In this document: piece by piece, positions 18,511 to 28,600 of the stretch | Layout: each line of letters opens with the position of its first letter | Position numbering within the stretch: position 1 is the first letter of the stretch | Assembly (NCBI GenBank): GCA_965204095.1 | Contig: OZ241991.1 | Coordinates: 806,105-870,104, forward strand | Direction: 5' to 3' | From: Bryobacterales bacterium | Lineage (GTDB): Bacteria; Acidobacteriota; Terriglobia; Bryobacterales; UBA6623 | DNA: 64,000 nucleotides | Made by a program: the position numbers and the translations under genes | Notes under the pieces: model-generated | The model's database searches: none | Told to the model about the DNA's origin: nothing | The model's input: the letters and a program-made list of their open reading frames with translations, nothing else

Positions 18511-19185
18511 ATGTCGGCGGTGGGCAGATTTTCCGTATCTTTTCTGGTACAGCGGTGGCATGATCTCTTGCAGCCACTCGCAGCACTCCTTCAAGGTACG
18601 AAAACGCCCTGCCCAAGAAGGCGCGGGGGCTCAGCGGACGGCGGGCGCGTGGAGGTGGACGAGACCTATGTCGGTGAAGAGGAAGGGGTTCGCGGACGCC
18701 AGAGGTGGAAGAAAGCGCTGGTAGTGGTGGCAGCCGAGGAGGACGGCAACGGCATCGGAAGGATTCGGATGGGGCGCATCCAGCGGGCCACCAAGACCGA
18801 ACTGCACGCCTTTGTCAAGCAATCGGTCGAGGCTGGCAGCACCGTCCACACCGACGGCTGGGAGGGAATCGGATACCGGCACGAGTTCACCTTTCTGGCC
18901 GGCAAGGAAAAATCGGCGGCCGAACTGCTGCCGCGCGTTCACCGTGTGGCTTCCCTTCTCAAGCGCTGGTTGGTTGGAACCCATCAGGGGGCGGTGAGCC
19001 ACAAACATCTCGCCTATTACCTGGACGAGTTCACGTTCCGTTTCAATCGCCGCACCCCGCGTCACCGAGGCAAATTGTTCTTCCGGTTAGTCCAACAGGC
19101 GGTCGCCGTGCCCCCGAGGGCGTATCGAGAGATGGTGCAGCCTGCCCGAGATCCTCGAACAGGTCAACCACAAGATATGGGGTAA
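18511..19185 (+). mobile_element. IS1595-family (ISXO2-like DDE) transposase gene, 5'-truncated or decayed
   Basis: RVEVDETYVG, STVHTDGWEGIGY, LLPRVHRVASLLKRWLVGTHQGAVSHKHLAYYLDEFTFRFNRR. The N-terminal zinc-ribbon region is missing. No inverted repeats identified. Confidence 0.7.
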
Positions 19186-19403
19186 ACGGGAGTCAAGTGC
19201 ATACCCCAATCCGTTGAAAGTTAGCTGAAACACCTGATCTTCTTTATCACCCATAGGGTGTTGACCTCCAGCCGGTCCTGCCAGGGCTTAAACCGCTATG
19301 AATACAGACGCTGAAGGCCGCTGGAAGGTCGGGATGCCGGAATCAAATTGAAAATCCGGGTTTAAAGCAACACGCCCTTTCGACCCACCGCCCGACACTG
19401 CAC

Positions 19404-20510
19404 CTAGCGGATGGTCTCTTCGCGTACGGTCAGCGCGTCGATGTAATCGCGGTCCAATTCGTACCCGAAGCCGGCTTCATCCCGAACGGCGATCGTTCCC
19501 TCGGGGCCGACTTCGACAGGCGGATCAATGATGTCGCGCTTCCAATATCGTTTGCTCGCTGAGACATCACCGGGCAGCGTGAAATTGTCCAGCGTCGACA
19601 GGGCGATGTTGTGAGCCCTGCCGATGCCGCTTTCGAGCATCCCGCCGCACCATACCGGGATGCCGTGGGCCCGTGCGACGTTGTGCACCAACAGGGCCTC
19701 GGAGAAACCGCCGACCCGGCCCAGCTTGATGTTGATGATTCGCCCCGCACTCATCTCGATCGCCTGCTCGGCATGACGCGCCGTGCGGATGCATTCATCG
19801 AGGCAGATCGGCGTGTCCAGCCGGGCCTGGAGCTGAGCGTGGTCGATGATGTCGTCGTGCGGGAGAGGCTGTTCGATCATCATCAAGTCGAACTCGTCGA
19901 GTCGCCGCAGATGCGCCGCATCGCTGAGCGCATAGGCGGAGTTGGCGTCGGCCATCAGCCGGATTGTCCGAAAGGCCGCGCGCACCTGACGCACCACCTC
20001 GACATCCCAACCCGGTTTGATCTTGATCTTGATGCGCTGGTAGCCTGCCCGCACCTCGCGCTCGATCAGCTCCAGCAACTCTTCCACCGAGTCTTGAATG
20101 CCGATCGATACACCGCAGTCGATTTCGGTGCGGCTCCCTCCGATATGCTGCCAAAGCGGCAAGCCGAGCTTGCGGGCTTCCAGGTCCCATGCCGCCGTCT
20201 CCAGTCCGCCGCGGGCCATGTGATGACCACGGATGTGGGAACTCCTCCCGGCTACATCGGCGGCGGATGCGATGTCGATGTCGAGAATCCGCGGCGCAAC
20301 GAAATCACGCAGGATCAACCACGCCGCGTCGACCCACTCCTCGTTATAAAAGGGGCGCTCTCCGCAGGTGACCTCACCCCATCCCACCGCACCGTCCTCT
20401 TCTACCTCCACGAGCAGGATGCGCCGCTCGGTCGTGCGGCCGAAGCTTGTCTCGAATGGATGCACCAAAGGCATCCGGATTTCACGAAGGGTGATGCGGT
20501 CGATTCTCAT
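19404..20510 (-). CDS. enolase-superfamily OSBS / N-acylamino-acid racemase (NSAR/OSBS subgroup)
   Basis: KxK motif RIKIKIKPG, metal ligands in MADANSAY, MIEQP, CLDE, and a second catalytic Lys in INIKLGRVGG. Confidence 0.85.
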   Translation of the reverse strand: MRIDRITLREIRMPLVHPFETSFGRTTERRILLVEVEEDGAVGWGEVTCGERPFYNEEWVDAAWLILRDFVAPRILDIDIASAADVAGRSSHIRGHHMARGGLETAAWDLEARKLGLPLWQHIGGSRTEIDCGVSIGIQDSVEELLELIEREVRAGYQRIKIKIKPGWDVEVVRQVRAAFRTIRLMADANSAYALSDAAHLRRLDEFDLMMIEQPLPHDDIIDHAQLQARLDTPICLDECIRTARHAEQAIEMSAGRIINIKLGRVGGFSEALLVHNVARAHGIPVWCGGMLESGIGRAHNIALSTLDNFTLPGDVSASKRYWKRDIIDPPVEVGPEGTIAVRDEAGFGYELDRDYIDALTVREETIR

Positions 20511-21262
20511 GGCGGACCCAACTGAAAAGCTCCGCCTGCTTCGGTCCGTTCATAGCCGATGACCGCCAGGCCCTTCCCGAAGCAGTGCTGGAACTCCTGA
20601 CGCACCCGGTCCTGCACGGCGCGGGCGCGTTCGGGGTCGTTGGCCCGCCACTCATCGATCTCTCTCGGAACGGCAATCGTCGTTTCGACTTGCCGGCCGG
20701 AGGGAGCGCCTCCTGAGACCACCGTCTCCACACGCTTGCTCATTACGTGCCATTCGGCGACAAGGCGGTCGGTCGGCAGCCCTCCGTGCAGCGGCGACGA
20801 GGTGATGCCGTATTGGTTCGGCAAGAAGCGTTTCACCACGCAGCCGAGCTTCTCGATATTGAAGCGGGCATTGCGAATCTGCAGCGGATCGAACAGCCAC
20901 TCGACCAACCCCACCCTCGAGGCGATCGCTTGCTCGCGCTGTTTCAGCTTGATCCTGTAGCCGATGCCCAGGTTCTGATAGCCGTCAAGCACCCCCGTCA
21001 TGTGGCTATGCCAATAGCGCGATCCATCACGCTTCATGCCCGGCAGCGAGAAGCTGAAGCCGATCATCTGTTCGCCGTCGTAAGCGCCCAGGATCAGCCC
21101 GCCGATGTACCTGGCCACGCTCAGAATACGCGGCGGAACCTGGTCGACCTCGGAGAATTTCCAAACGCCCATTTGGACGCCGAGTGTCGCGCGGTACTCT
21201 TCGTGCTCCGAGAGAACGCGTACCTCGATGCCATCCCCTATCGGCCCGGGGCCTACCGCCAT
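20507..21262 (-). CDS. GNAT-fold acyltransferase-like protein (tentative)
   Basis: YQNLGIGYRIK fits the GNAT acyl-CoA loop Q/R-x-x-G-x-G/A. The stop overlaps the OSBS/NSAR start by 4 nt. Confidence 0.55.
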   Translation of the reverse strand: MAVGPGPIGDGIEVRVLSEHEEYRATLGVQMGVWKFSEVDQVPPRILSVARYIGGLILGAYDGEQMIGFSFSLPGMKRDGSRYWHSHMTGVLDGYQNLGIGYRIKLKQREQAIASRVGLVEWLFDPLQIRNARFNIEKLGCVVKRFLPNQYGITSSPLHGGLPTDRLVAEWHVMSKRVETVVSGGAPSGRQVETTIAVPREIDEWRANDPERARAVQDRVRQEFQHCFGKGLAVIGYERTEAGGAFQLGPP

Positions 21263-22041
21263 AGCTGCTCCATTTCCTCGACGCCGGCTTCTTCAATCGT
21301 GAGGCCCTTGTCGCGGAGCTGCTGTTCGATGCAGCCGAAACGCTCGCGGAACTTGCGGTTGGCCCGCCGCAGAGCCAGCTCCGGATCGACGCCGGCACGG
21401 CACGCCACGTTCACGAGCAGGAAGAGGAGATCGCCGATCTCGTCCTCGGTGCGGTCGGGGTCCTGGCAAGCTCGCGCGTCCCGAAATTGCCGCATCTCCG
21501 CTCCGGCCTTTTCGGCAATCTCGTCCGCCTCGCGCCGCTCGAAACCGGCTCGGGCAGCCCTCTTGCTGATCTCGTGCGCTTCGAGCATGGCGGGTTGCGC
21601 CCGCGTGACGTTCGACAGCAACCCAGCTTTCTCCCGGTCCGATGGGTCGTGGTTCCCGGCCTCGGAGCGCTTTTCTTCGGCCTTGATCTCTTCCCAGCGC
21701 TGCAGGACCTTGCCCGCCGTATCGGCCGACTCGGAGCCGAATACATGAGGATGCCGCCGGATCAGCTTGTCGTTGATGTGCCCGAGTACGTCATCGATGC
21801 CGAACCAGCCGTTCTCCTTGGCGATCTGCGACTGAAAGACGATTTGCAACTGGATGTCGCCGAGCTCCTCGGCCAGGTCGGCCCAGTTTCTGCGCTCGAT
21901 GGCATCGATGGCTTCGTAGGTCTCTTCGATCAGGTAACTGCGCAATGATTCCAATGTTTGCTCGCGGTCCCAGGGGCAGCCGCCGGGAGCCCGCAGTCGC
22001 TCCATCAGTTGCAGCAGCGTCTCGAAACGAGAATCAGCCAT
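21253..22041 (-). CDS. mazG: nucleoside triphosphate pyrophosphohydrolase MazG
   Basis: MADSRFETLLQLMERLRAPGGCPWDREQTLESLRSYLIEETYEAIDAIE, with two MazG repeats. ATG 22041 is chosen over the longer track ORF. Its 3' end overlaps the next gene by 10 nt. Confidence 0.9.
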   Translation of the reverse strand: MADSRFETLLQLMERLRAPGGCPWDREQTLESLRSYLIEETYEAIDAIERRNWADLAEELGDIQLQIVFQSQIAKENGWFGIDDVLGHINDKLIRRHPHVFGSESADTAGKVLQRWEEIKAEEKRSEAGNHDPSDREKAGLLSNVTRAQPAMLEAHEISKRAARAGFERREADEIAEKAGAEMRQFRDARACQDPDRTEDEIGDLLFLLVNVACRAGVDPELALRRANRKFRERFGCIEQQLRDKGLTIEEAGVEEMEQLWR

Positions 22042-22112
22042 GGCACAATGAGCGAACCAGTAGCACAATGTAGCACAGCGTTTTTTCGCTTCCCGGACCA
22101 ACGATTGTTGCG

Positions 22113-22853
22113 ATGAAGGCCGTCGGCATCATCCCCGCGCGCTATGCTTCGAGCCGTTTTCCCGGCAAGGCTTTGGCAATGCTGGGGGACCGCACGCTGA
22201 TCCGGCATGTCTACGATCGGGCGTCTGAAGCCGCGACATTGTCGCTCGTGGTGGTCGCCACCGATGACAACCGCATTGCCTCGGCCGTGCGGGACTTCGG
22301 CGGCAAGGTCGTCATAACTTCGCCGCGTCATCCCTCCGGAACGGATCGCGTTGCGGAAGCGGCGCGGGACCTCGACGTGGAGGTCGTGGTCAATATTCAA
22401 GGCGACGAACCGTTCATCTCGCCGAAGGTGATCGATCAAGCGGTCGCACCGTTCGAGTCCCGTCCCGAGTTGGCCATATCGACCCTTAGCCATGCGATTG
22501 AGGATGAGGCTTCGCTTCACGACCCCAATGTCGTCAAGGTTGTCTCGGATCTGCGGGGCTACGCTCTCTACTTCTCGCGGTCGCTGATCCCTCACCCGAG
22601 GCGAGGCCACCGGGAGAGGGCCTTCGCGCACATCGGGCTCTATGCGTATCGCAAGGATTTTCTGTTGCGATTCGCTTCCCTGCCGCCGGGCCGGTTGGAG
22701 CAGGCCGAAGCTCTGGAGCAGCTTCGGGTTCTCGAAAACGGAGAACGGATCCTGGTGATTCCGACCGACGATTACGTGGGCATCGGCGTGGACGTTCCGG
22801 CCGACCTGGAGCGCGCCGAGAGTTTCCTGAACGGCAGACGAGAGGCAATCTGA
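22113..22853 (+). CDS. kdsB: 3-deoxy-manno-octulosonate cytidylyltransferase (CMP-KDO synthetase)
   Basis: MKAVGIIPARYASSRFPGKAL..., VNIQGDEPFI. Confidence 0.9.
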   Translation: MKAVGIIPARYASSRFPGKALAMLGDRTLIRHVYDRASEAATLSLVVVATDDNRIASAVRDFGGKVVITSPRHPSGTDRVAEAARDLDVEVVVNIQGDEPFISPKVIDQAVAPFESRPELAISTLSHAIEDEASLHDPNVVKVVSDLRGYALYFSRSLIPHPRRGHRERAFAHIGLYAYRKDFLLRFASLPPGRLEQAEALEQLRVLENGERILVIPTDDYVGIGVDVPADLERAESFLNGRREAI

Positions 22854-22891
22854 GAGCGGCCTGCGAGGGAAATTTTTCCGGGTTGATATCG

Positions 22892-22900
22892 TGGTATAAT
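22892..22900 (+). promoter_or_regulatory. candidate extended -10 box (TGgTATAAT) upstream of the Rieske/cyt b cluster
   Basis: tgGTATAAT lies in the AT-richer spacer 22854-23037. No convincing -35 at 17-bp spacing. Confidence 0.25.
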
Positions 22901-23037
22901 TTCCTGTTGAGCACGATTCGTTGCTGTTATACAGTAATTAACAGGGGGCTCTTGACACCCCCCATACCTAAGCGGCACGCTATGAGTTACCGCATTGCCG
23001 GGTTACTCCAGGGTGCCGCTACCGGCAACGTTTCTCG

Positions 23038-23652
23038 GTGACAGAAGAGGGATCGATGGCTGACTCGAACGCGGGCCAAGCCGGAGCGGAGCGGGGGGCT
23101 CCGGCCGAAGCTAAACCTCCCTTCCTCTCCCGCCTGATCGAAGGATTCAAGAAGACGGAAGCAGACAAGGACGCGGTTCGAACGCGCCGCCTGTTCGTCG
23201 GCTTCGCAATCTCCGGCTTCTTGACGACCAACTTTCTGATGTTCCTGCGGTTTTTCTTCCCGCGGACCATCTTCGAGCCGCGCACGGTGTTTCGCATCGG
23301 GACGCCGAACGATTTTGGCTTCGGCGTCGACACGAAGTTTCAAAAGTCACAACGGATCTGGGTGGTCAAGAATACCGAACGGCTGTTCGTGATCAGTGCG
23401 ATCTGCACCCACCTGGGCTGCACGCCGGATTGGAAGCAGTCTGAGCAGAAGTTCAAATGTCCGTGCCACGGCAGCGGCTACGACCCGGAGGGGATCAACT
23501 ACGAGGGCCCGGCGCCGCGCCCGATGGACCGCGCCTGGGTGGAGCTCGATGCTGAAGGGCAGATCGTCGTCGACACCAGCGTGGTTTTCAAAGAAGAAAA
23601 AGGCAAGCAGACGCAGTTCAATGACTACCCGGGGGCTTTCATACCCGTGTAA
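23038..23652 (+). CDS. Rieske [2Fe-2S] subunit of a cytochrome bc/b6f-type complex
   Basis: CTHLGC ... CPCHGS boxes. Tat-like RTRRLFVGFA followed by a TM helix. Start is GTG 23038 or ATG 23056. Confidence 0.9.
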   Translation: MTEEGSMADSNAGQAGAERGAPAEAKPPFLSRLIEGFKKTEADKDAVRTRRLFVGFAISGFLTTNFLMFLRFFFPRTIFEPRTVFRIGTPNDFGFGVDTKFQKSQRIWVVKNTERLFVISAICTHLGCTPDWKQSEQKFKCPCHGSGYDPEGINYEGPAPRPMDRAWVELDAEGQIVVDTSVVFKEEKGKQTQFNDYPGAFIPV

Positions 23653-23761
23653 GCACTTGCGGAACCGGGTCGGTCGGTACGCCGGAACAGGGCGGGACAG
23701 GCGCTGGAATCGCCTTTTGCTGATCGCGGCCGGACTTTTGGCCTGACAAGGAGTTGGCGGC

Positions 23762-24679
23762 ATGGCGGAACAGACAACGAAGACGACGGAACAAGAGCAA
23801 TCGAGCAACGGCGCCTCCGGCAACGGGAAGAGGCTGTTCGGCATCGATCCGGACGCCATCAAGGCAAAAGCGACTGAGGACATCAACGCCTTCAAGAAGC
23901 CGACCAGGACGGACCTCTACAAATCGATCTTTCGCGTCAAACACGACGATACGCCTCGGAGCCGCACGCTCGGTGTGCTGAGCAATGTCTTCTTGCATCT
24001 GCATCCGGCGAAGATCAACCGCGACGCGGTGGCCTACAACTACACCTGGGGGATGGGCGGCATCTCGTTCTACCTGTTCTGGGTGCTCACCTGGACCGGC
24101 GTCCTGCTGATGTTCTACTACCACCCGACAAAGGTTCAGGCGTTTCGCGACATTCTGTATCTCGAGCACGACGTACCCTTCGGCAAACTTCTGCGCAACA
24201 TGCACCGCTGGGGCGCACACGCCATGGTCCTGACCGTGTGGCTTCACATGTATCGGGTCTTCCTGACAGGTTCCTACAAGAAGCCGCGCCAGTTCAACTG
24301 GATGATCGGAGTGATCCTGCTTGTGCTTACGCTGCTTCTGTCGTTCACGGGTTATCTTCTGCCGGATGATCAGTTGGGGTTCTGGGCGGTCACCGTCGGA
24401 ACGAACATGGCGCGAGCCACCCCCTTGTTGGGCCACGAAGGGCCGTTTGGCATTCAATTGGGTATGACGGCATACAACGACGTGCGGTTCGCGCTGCTCG
24501 GCGGTTCGATCGTTGATTCGAATGCTCTGTTGCGAGCCTACATCTGGCACTGCGTCGCAATACCGGGTTTCGCCGCGACGTTCATGATTGTTCACTTCTG
24601 GCGGATACGCAAGGACGGCGGCATCTCGGGACCCGCTCCGATGATGCTCGAGAAAGAGATCAAGCCGCTCAGGAGATAG
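23762..24679 (+). CDS. cytochrome b, N-terminal (b6-like) subunit
   Basis: Helix B has HRWGAHAMVLTVWLH (His-His 14 apart). Helix D has WHCVAIPGFAATFMIVH (15 apart, b6-type spacing). Also SFTGYLLPDDQLGFWA. Confidence 0.9.
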   Translation: MAEQTTKTTEQEQSSNGASGNGKRLFGIDPDAIKAKATEDINAFKKPTRTDLYKSIFRVKHDDTPRSRTLGVLSNVFLHLHPAKINRDAVAYNYTWGMGGISFYLFWVLTWTGVLLMFYYHPTKVQAFRDILYLEHDVPFGKLLRNMHRWGAHAMVLTVWLHMYRVFLTGSYKKPRQFNWMIGVILLVLTLLLSFTGYLLPDDQLGFWAVTVGTNMARATPLLGHEGPFGIQLGMTAYNDVRFALLGGSIVDSNALLRAYIWHCVAIPGFAATFMIVHFWRIRKDGGISGPAPMMLEKEIKPLRR

Positions 24680-24695
24680 GGCTGGAGAACGACAA

Positions 24696-25631
24696 ATGGA
24701 CTGGCATCAACTTTGGACGATCATCTCGCTCCCGGACAACATTCCGATTGTCGGTTTGATGTTCCTCATCCCGTTTTACACCTGGTACGCGTTTCGCCAA
24801 GCCTTCGCGAATGACCGCCTGATCGATCAACTCGAAGAGGATCCGGAGATGGCCAAGACCCATCACCGCAAGACCCAGCCCTACCAGAAGGGCTGGGCTC
24901 GTGAAGTGCACGTTTGGCCCTACCTTCTGAGGATCGAGTTTCTATCGGCGATCATCGTTACAGCCATCCTGATGGTCTGGTCGATCACCCTCGACGCACC
25001 GCTGGAAGAGCCGGCCAACCCGACCCTCACGATGAACCCCTCGAAGGCGCCCTGGTACTTCCTCGGCCTGCAGGAAATGCTGGTCTACTTCGACCCGTGG
25101 ATCGCCGGCGTGCTCATGCCGACGTTGATCATCATCGGCCTGATCGCGATCCCGTACATCGACACCAACCCCCTGGGCAACGGTTATTACACCTACAGGC
25201 AAAGGCGTTTCGCGATTTGGACGTTCCTGTTCGGCTTCGTCATTCTGTGGTGCGCCATGGTCGTGATCGGAACGCTGATTCGGGGACCGGGCTGGATGTG
25301 GTTCTGGCCGGGACAGACCTGGGATCACAACAAGCTGATCTTCGAGGTGAACCGCGACCTGCACGAGATCCTCGGCATCACGGATCCCATCCTGTACGGC
25401 ATCTTCGGTTTTCTGGTGGTCGGTGGATTTTTCCTGATCACGGCCTTCGGCATCCACAAGCTGATGACCTTGACCGAGTTCAACCGAAAGATTCTGGCCC
25501 GTATGACCTTGCTGCAGTACCTGACGATGCAGGTATTGCTGATCACGATGATCGGTTTGCCGGCAAAAATGGCGGCTCGCCTGCTTTTCCGGATCAAATA
25601 CGTCTGGGTGACTCCTTGGTTCAACATTTGA
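24696..25631 (+). CDS. cytochrome b C-terminal / subunit IV-like membrane subunit, extended (311 aa)
   Basis: NPSKAPWYFLGLQEMLVYF (PEWY-region equivalent) plus additional TM helices. Confidence 0.8.
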   Translation: MDWHQLWTIISLPDNIPIVGLMFLIPFYTWYAFRQAFANDRLIDQLEEDPEMAKTHHRKTQPYQKGWAREVHVWPYLLRIEFLSAIIVTAILMVWSITLDAPLEEPANPTLTMNPSKAPWYFLGLQEMLVYFDPWIAGVLMPTLIIIGLIAIPYIDTNPLGNGYYTYRQRRFAIWTFLFGFVILWCAMVVIGTLIRGPGWMWFWPGQTWDHNKLIFEVNRDLHEILGITDPILYGIFGFLVVGGFFLITAFGIHKLMTLTEFNRKILARMTLLQYLTMQVLLITMIGLPAKMAARLLFRIKYVWVTPWFNI

Positions 25632-25682
25632 CGATCTCCGGGGACTAGCAAAGACTGCCCGAACAAGAAGACCTCCAACGAA

Positions 25683-28600
25683 ATGCCGAAACCTGTTGAC
25701 ACTGATGTCGATCCCGTCGTAACCAAGTCGCTGAGCGTCCCTCTGTTGATCTCGACGCTGATCCTGACGTTCAGCCTCGTCTGGGCAATCTACGACGAGG
25801 TATACGTCATGCGCCCCTGGAAGATTTTCCAGGCTGACTTCATCGAGCAGTATTCGTCGTTCTTGACCAGGCTCAAGCCCCGGCAAGCCGCGGCGGAAGC
25901 GGAAGTGAAGGAATCACCCGAGTATCAGGCATTACAGCAGGAGCTTGACGGAGCGGAAGAATTGGCCGCGCAGCGCGTGCGGGAAATCGACACGGTCGTC
26001 GGTCGCGGCGTGACTCCTCGATTGCTGACCGCGCGACAGACTTTCCAGATACTGAAAACCGAGATCGACGCCATTACGTATCAGATCGAGACCGAGACGA
26101 GCGAGTCGGCAAAGCAGAGCCTGCAGGAGGACATTAACGAGATCAAGGCCCGCGTCGTCGAAGTCGACCTCGCCAGCGAAGACGGCTCGGGCGAAGTCGA
26201 GACGGTCGAGATGCAGTTCGAAGCGCTGCAGGCCGAGTTCCTGCGACTGCAAGAACGGCGGGTGGCCTTGCAGGCCGAGAGAGCGAAGGTGCTGGAACCG
26301 GCGAGTGAAATCCGGGCTGAGCGTGACGCTTTGCTTGCCGACCGCCTCGCCGGCCTGACCGCGCAGCAAGTCGATGGCTTGATCAGCAAAATGGAGAACT
26401 TCAACATCGGGATCAAGCAGATTCACCTGAACGACATCGACTGGGTTGACCGCTGCGAATCTTGCCATCTGGGAACACGCGAGCCCGTCAGCATCAATGC
26501 CGAAGACGTCGGCGGGCGGGCGGAATTCGTGAGCCATCCGTCGCTCGACCTGCTCCGCATTCACGACCCCGAGCAATTCGGCTGCTCGACCTGCCACAAC
26601 GGTAACGGCCGGGCGACACGTTCGGTCGTCAAGGGCCACGGCAGGCATAAGTTCTGGCTCTGGCCTCTATGGCACAAGGAAAACATGCAGGCGGGTTGTC
26701 ACCAGTGTCACGCCAGGGAGGTCATCACCGAGCAGGCTGATGTACTCAACAAGGGGCGGACGCTGTTCTTGAACAAGGGCTGCTGGGGATGTCACCGCTT
26801 CGAAGGCTTCGACCGTGAATCGGACGATCTCGCCGCCGTCCGGCAACAAATGAAGATCATTGACGACCGGCGCAACGCGAACCTCAAGGAACAACGCGAG
26901 AGCATTGCGGCCGGCGACGTCGTGGAGGACATGGATGAAGCTGATGCCCTGTATGCGCGGGCCGACCTGCTGAGCCTGCGCAACGCCAAGCTCGACGCCG
27001 AATACGACGCCCTGCAGGTGGAAGAGAAGTCGCTTGTTCTGGAAACGCGAAAGTTCGGCCCGAACCTCAAGGAGATCAAGGTAAAGCTCCGCAAAGAGTG
27101 GATTCCGGTTTGGCTGACCAATCCGCACGAGTTCCGCCCCGGCACGAAGATGCCGGAGTTCCGTTTGCTGGAAGACGAGGTCCAAAAAATCTCGGCGTAC
27201 CTTTGGCAGAACGGGATCGAAGGTGAATTGGCCTCACATCCGCCGGGAGACCCCGAGCGCGGCAAAGAGCTGTTCGGCACCCGAGGCTGTCTGGGTTGCC
27301 ATTCGATGGGTGAAGGAGACGCGAGAGAGGGCGGCAGCTTCGCGGCGAACCTGACACGGGTCGGTGAGAAAACGAACTATGACTTCCTGGTTCGCTGGAT
27401 CAACAATCCGAGCGAGGTGACGCCGGACCCGGAAGCCGACGCGGATGCGCCGCACCCCATTCCGATCATGCCCAGCCTGCGGCTGAGTATCGATGAGGTA
27501 CGCGACGTCGCCAGCTACCTGATGACCAGGAAGACGGACGCAACCTACGAGCCGGCAGACTACATGGACGACCCCGCAATGGCCGAAGAAGGCATGGCAT
27601 TGATCCGTCATTACGGCTGCGCGGGATGTCATGAGATTCGCGGACTCGAACTGGAAGGCCGCATCGGCACCGAACTTACGCTCGAGGGCAGCAAGCCCGT
27701 CGAGCGGCTCGACTTCGCTCTTCTCACGCACCAGGCCGAGATGGAGGGCTGGTACAACCACAAGGGCTTCTTCGAAAGGAAGCTCAAGGACCCGGCCATC
27801 TACGACCAGGGCAAGATGCGTGTGCACCTGGAGAAGTTGCGGATGCCGAACTTCCATCTCAGCGACGATGAAATCAATGCCTTGACGACCTTCCTGCTGG
27901 GAGCCGTCGACACCAATCTTCCGGCGCATTACCGCTATGAACCGGAAGACGATCGCCGCTACATCCAAGAGGGCTGGTGGATCGTTCGGCGCTATAACTG
28001 TGTCGGCTGCCACCAGATTTCCTTCAGCGGACAAAGCGCTTTGATGAGCGTCCCGCTCTACGAAGATCCCGATTGGCAGGAGCAGTTGCCGCCGCAGCTT
28101 TATACGCAAGGCGCTCGCGTGCAGCCGGATTGGTTGATCCGCTTCCTCGATAATCCTGCGCTCCATGAGACCGACATCCACCGCAACGGCATTCGCCCCT
28201 ACCTGGAGGCGCGCATGCCTACGTTCCACTTTTCGGAACGGCAGGTGATGAAGCTCAGCCGGTTCTTCATGGCGCGGTCGTCGCAATCGATGACCCATGT
28301 CGATCCCGGCCTTGAACCTTTGACTGCGGGGGAGACGGCGCTGGCGCGACGGCTCTTCCAAAGCCGCGGCGCCCCGTGCTTGAGGTGCCATATGACGGGC
28401 AACCCGTCGCATGACCGCGATGCCACCGCGCCGAACTTCTTGACCGCGAGCACGCGTCTCAAACCGGACTGGACCTATCGCTGGATGTTGGAGCCGGCAA
28501 AGATCGCGCCCGGCACCGCGATGCCCTCCGAACTGTTTCGTAAAGAAGGGGATCGCTGGGTCTTTGCAGGACCTCTGCCGGCGGCGTTCGAGGGCTATGA

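Noticed and set aside
22954-22990. A TTGACA hexamer as the -35 of a promoter for the Rieske operon
   Set aside because: The nearest -10-like hexamer (TATGAG) is 23 nt away, which is too far. Only the extended -10 at 22892-22900 was kept, and at low confidence.
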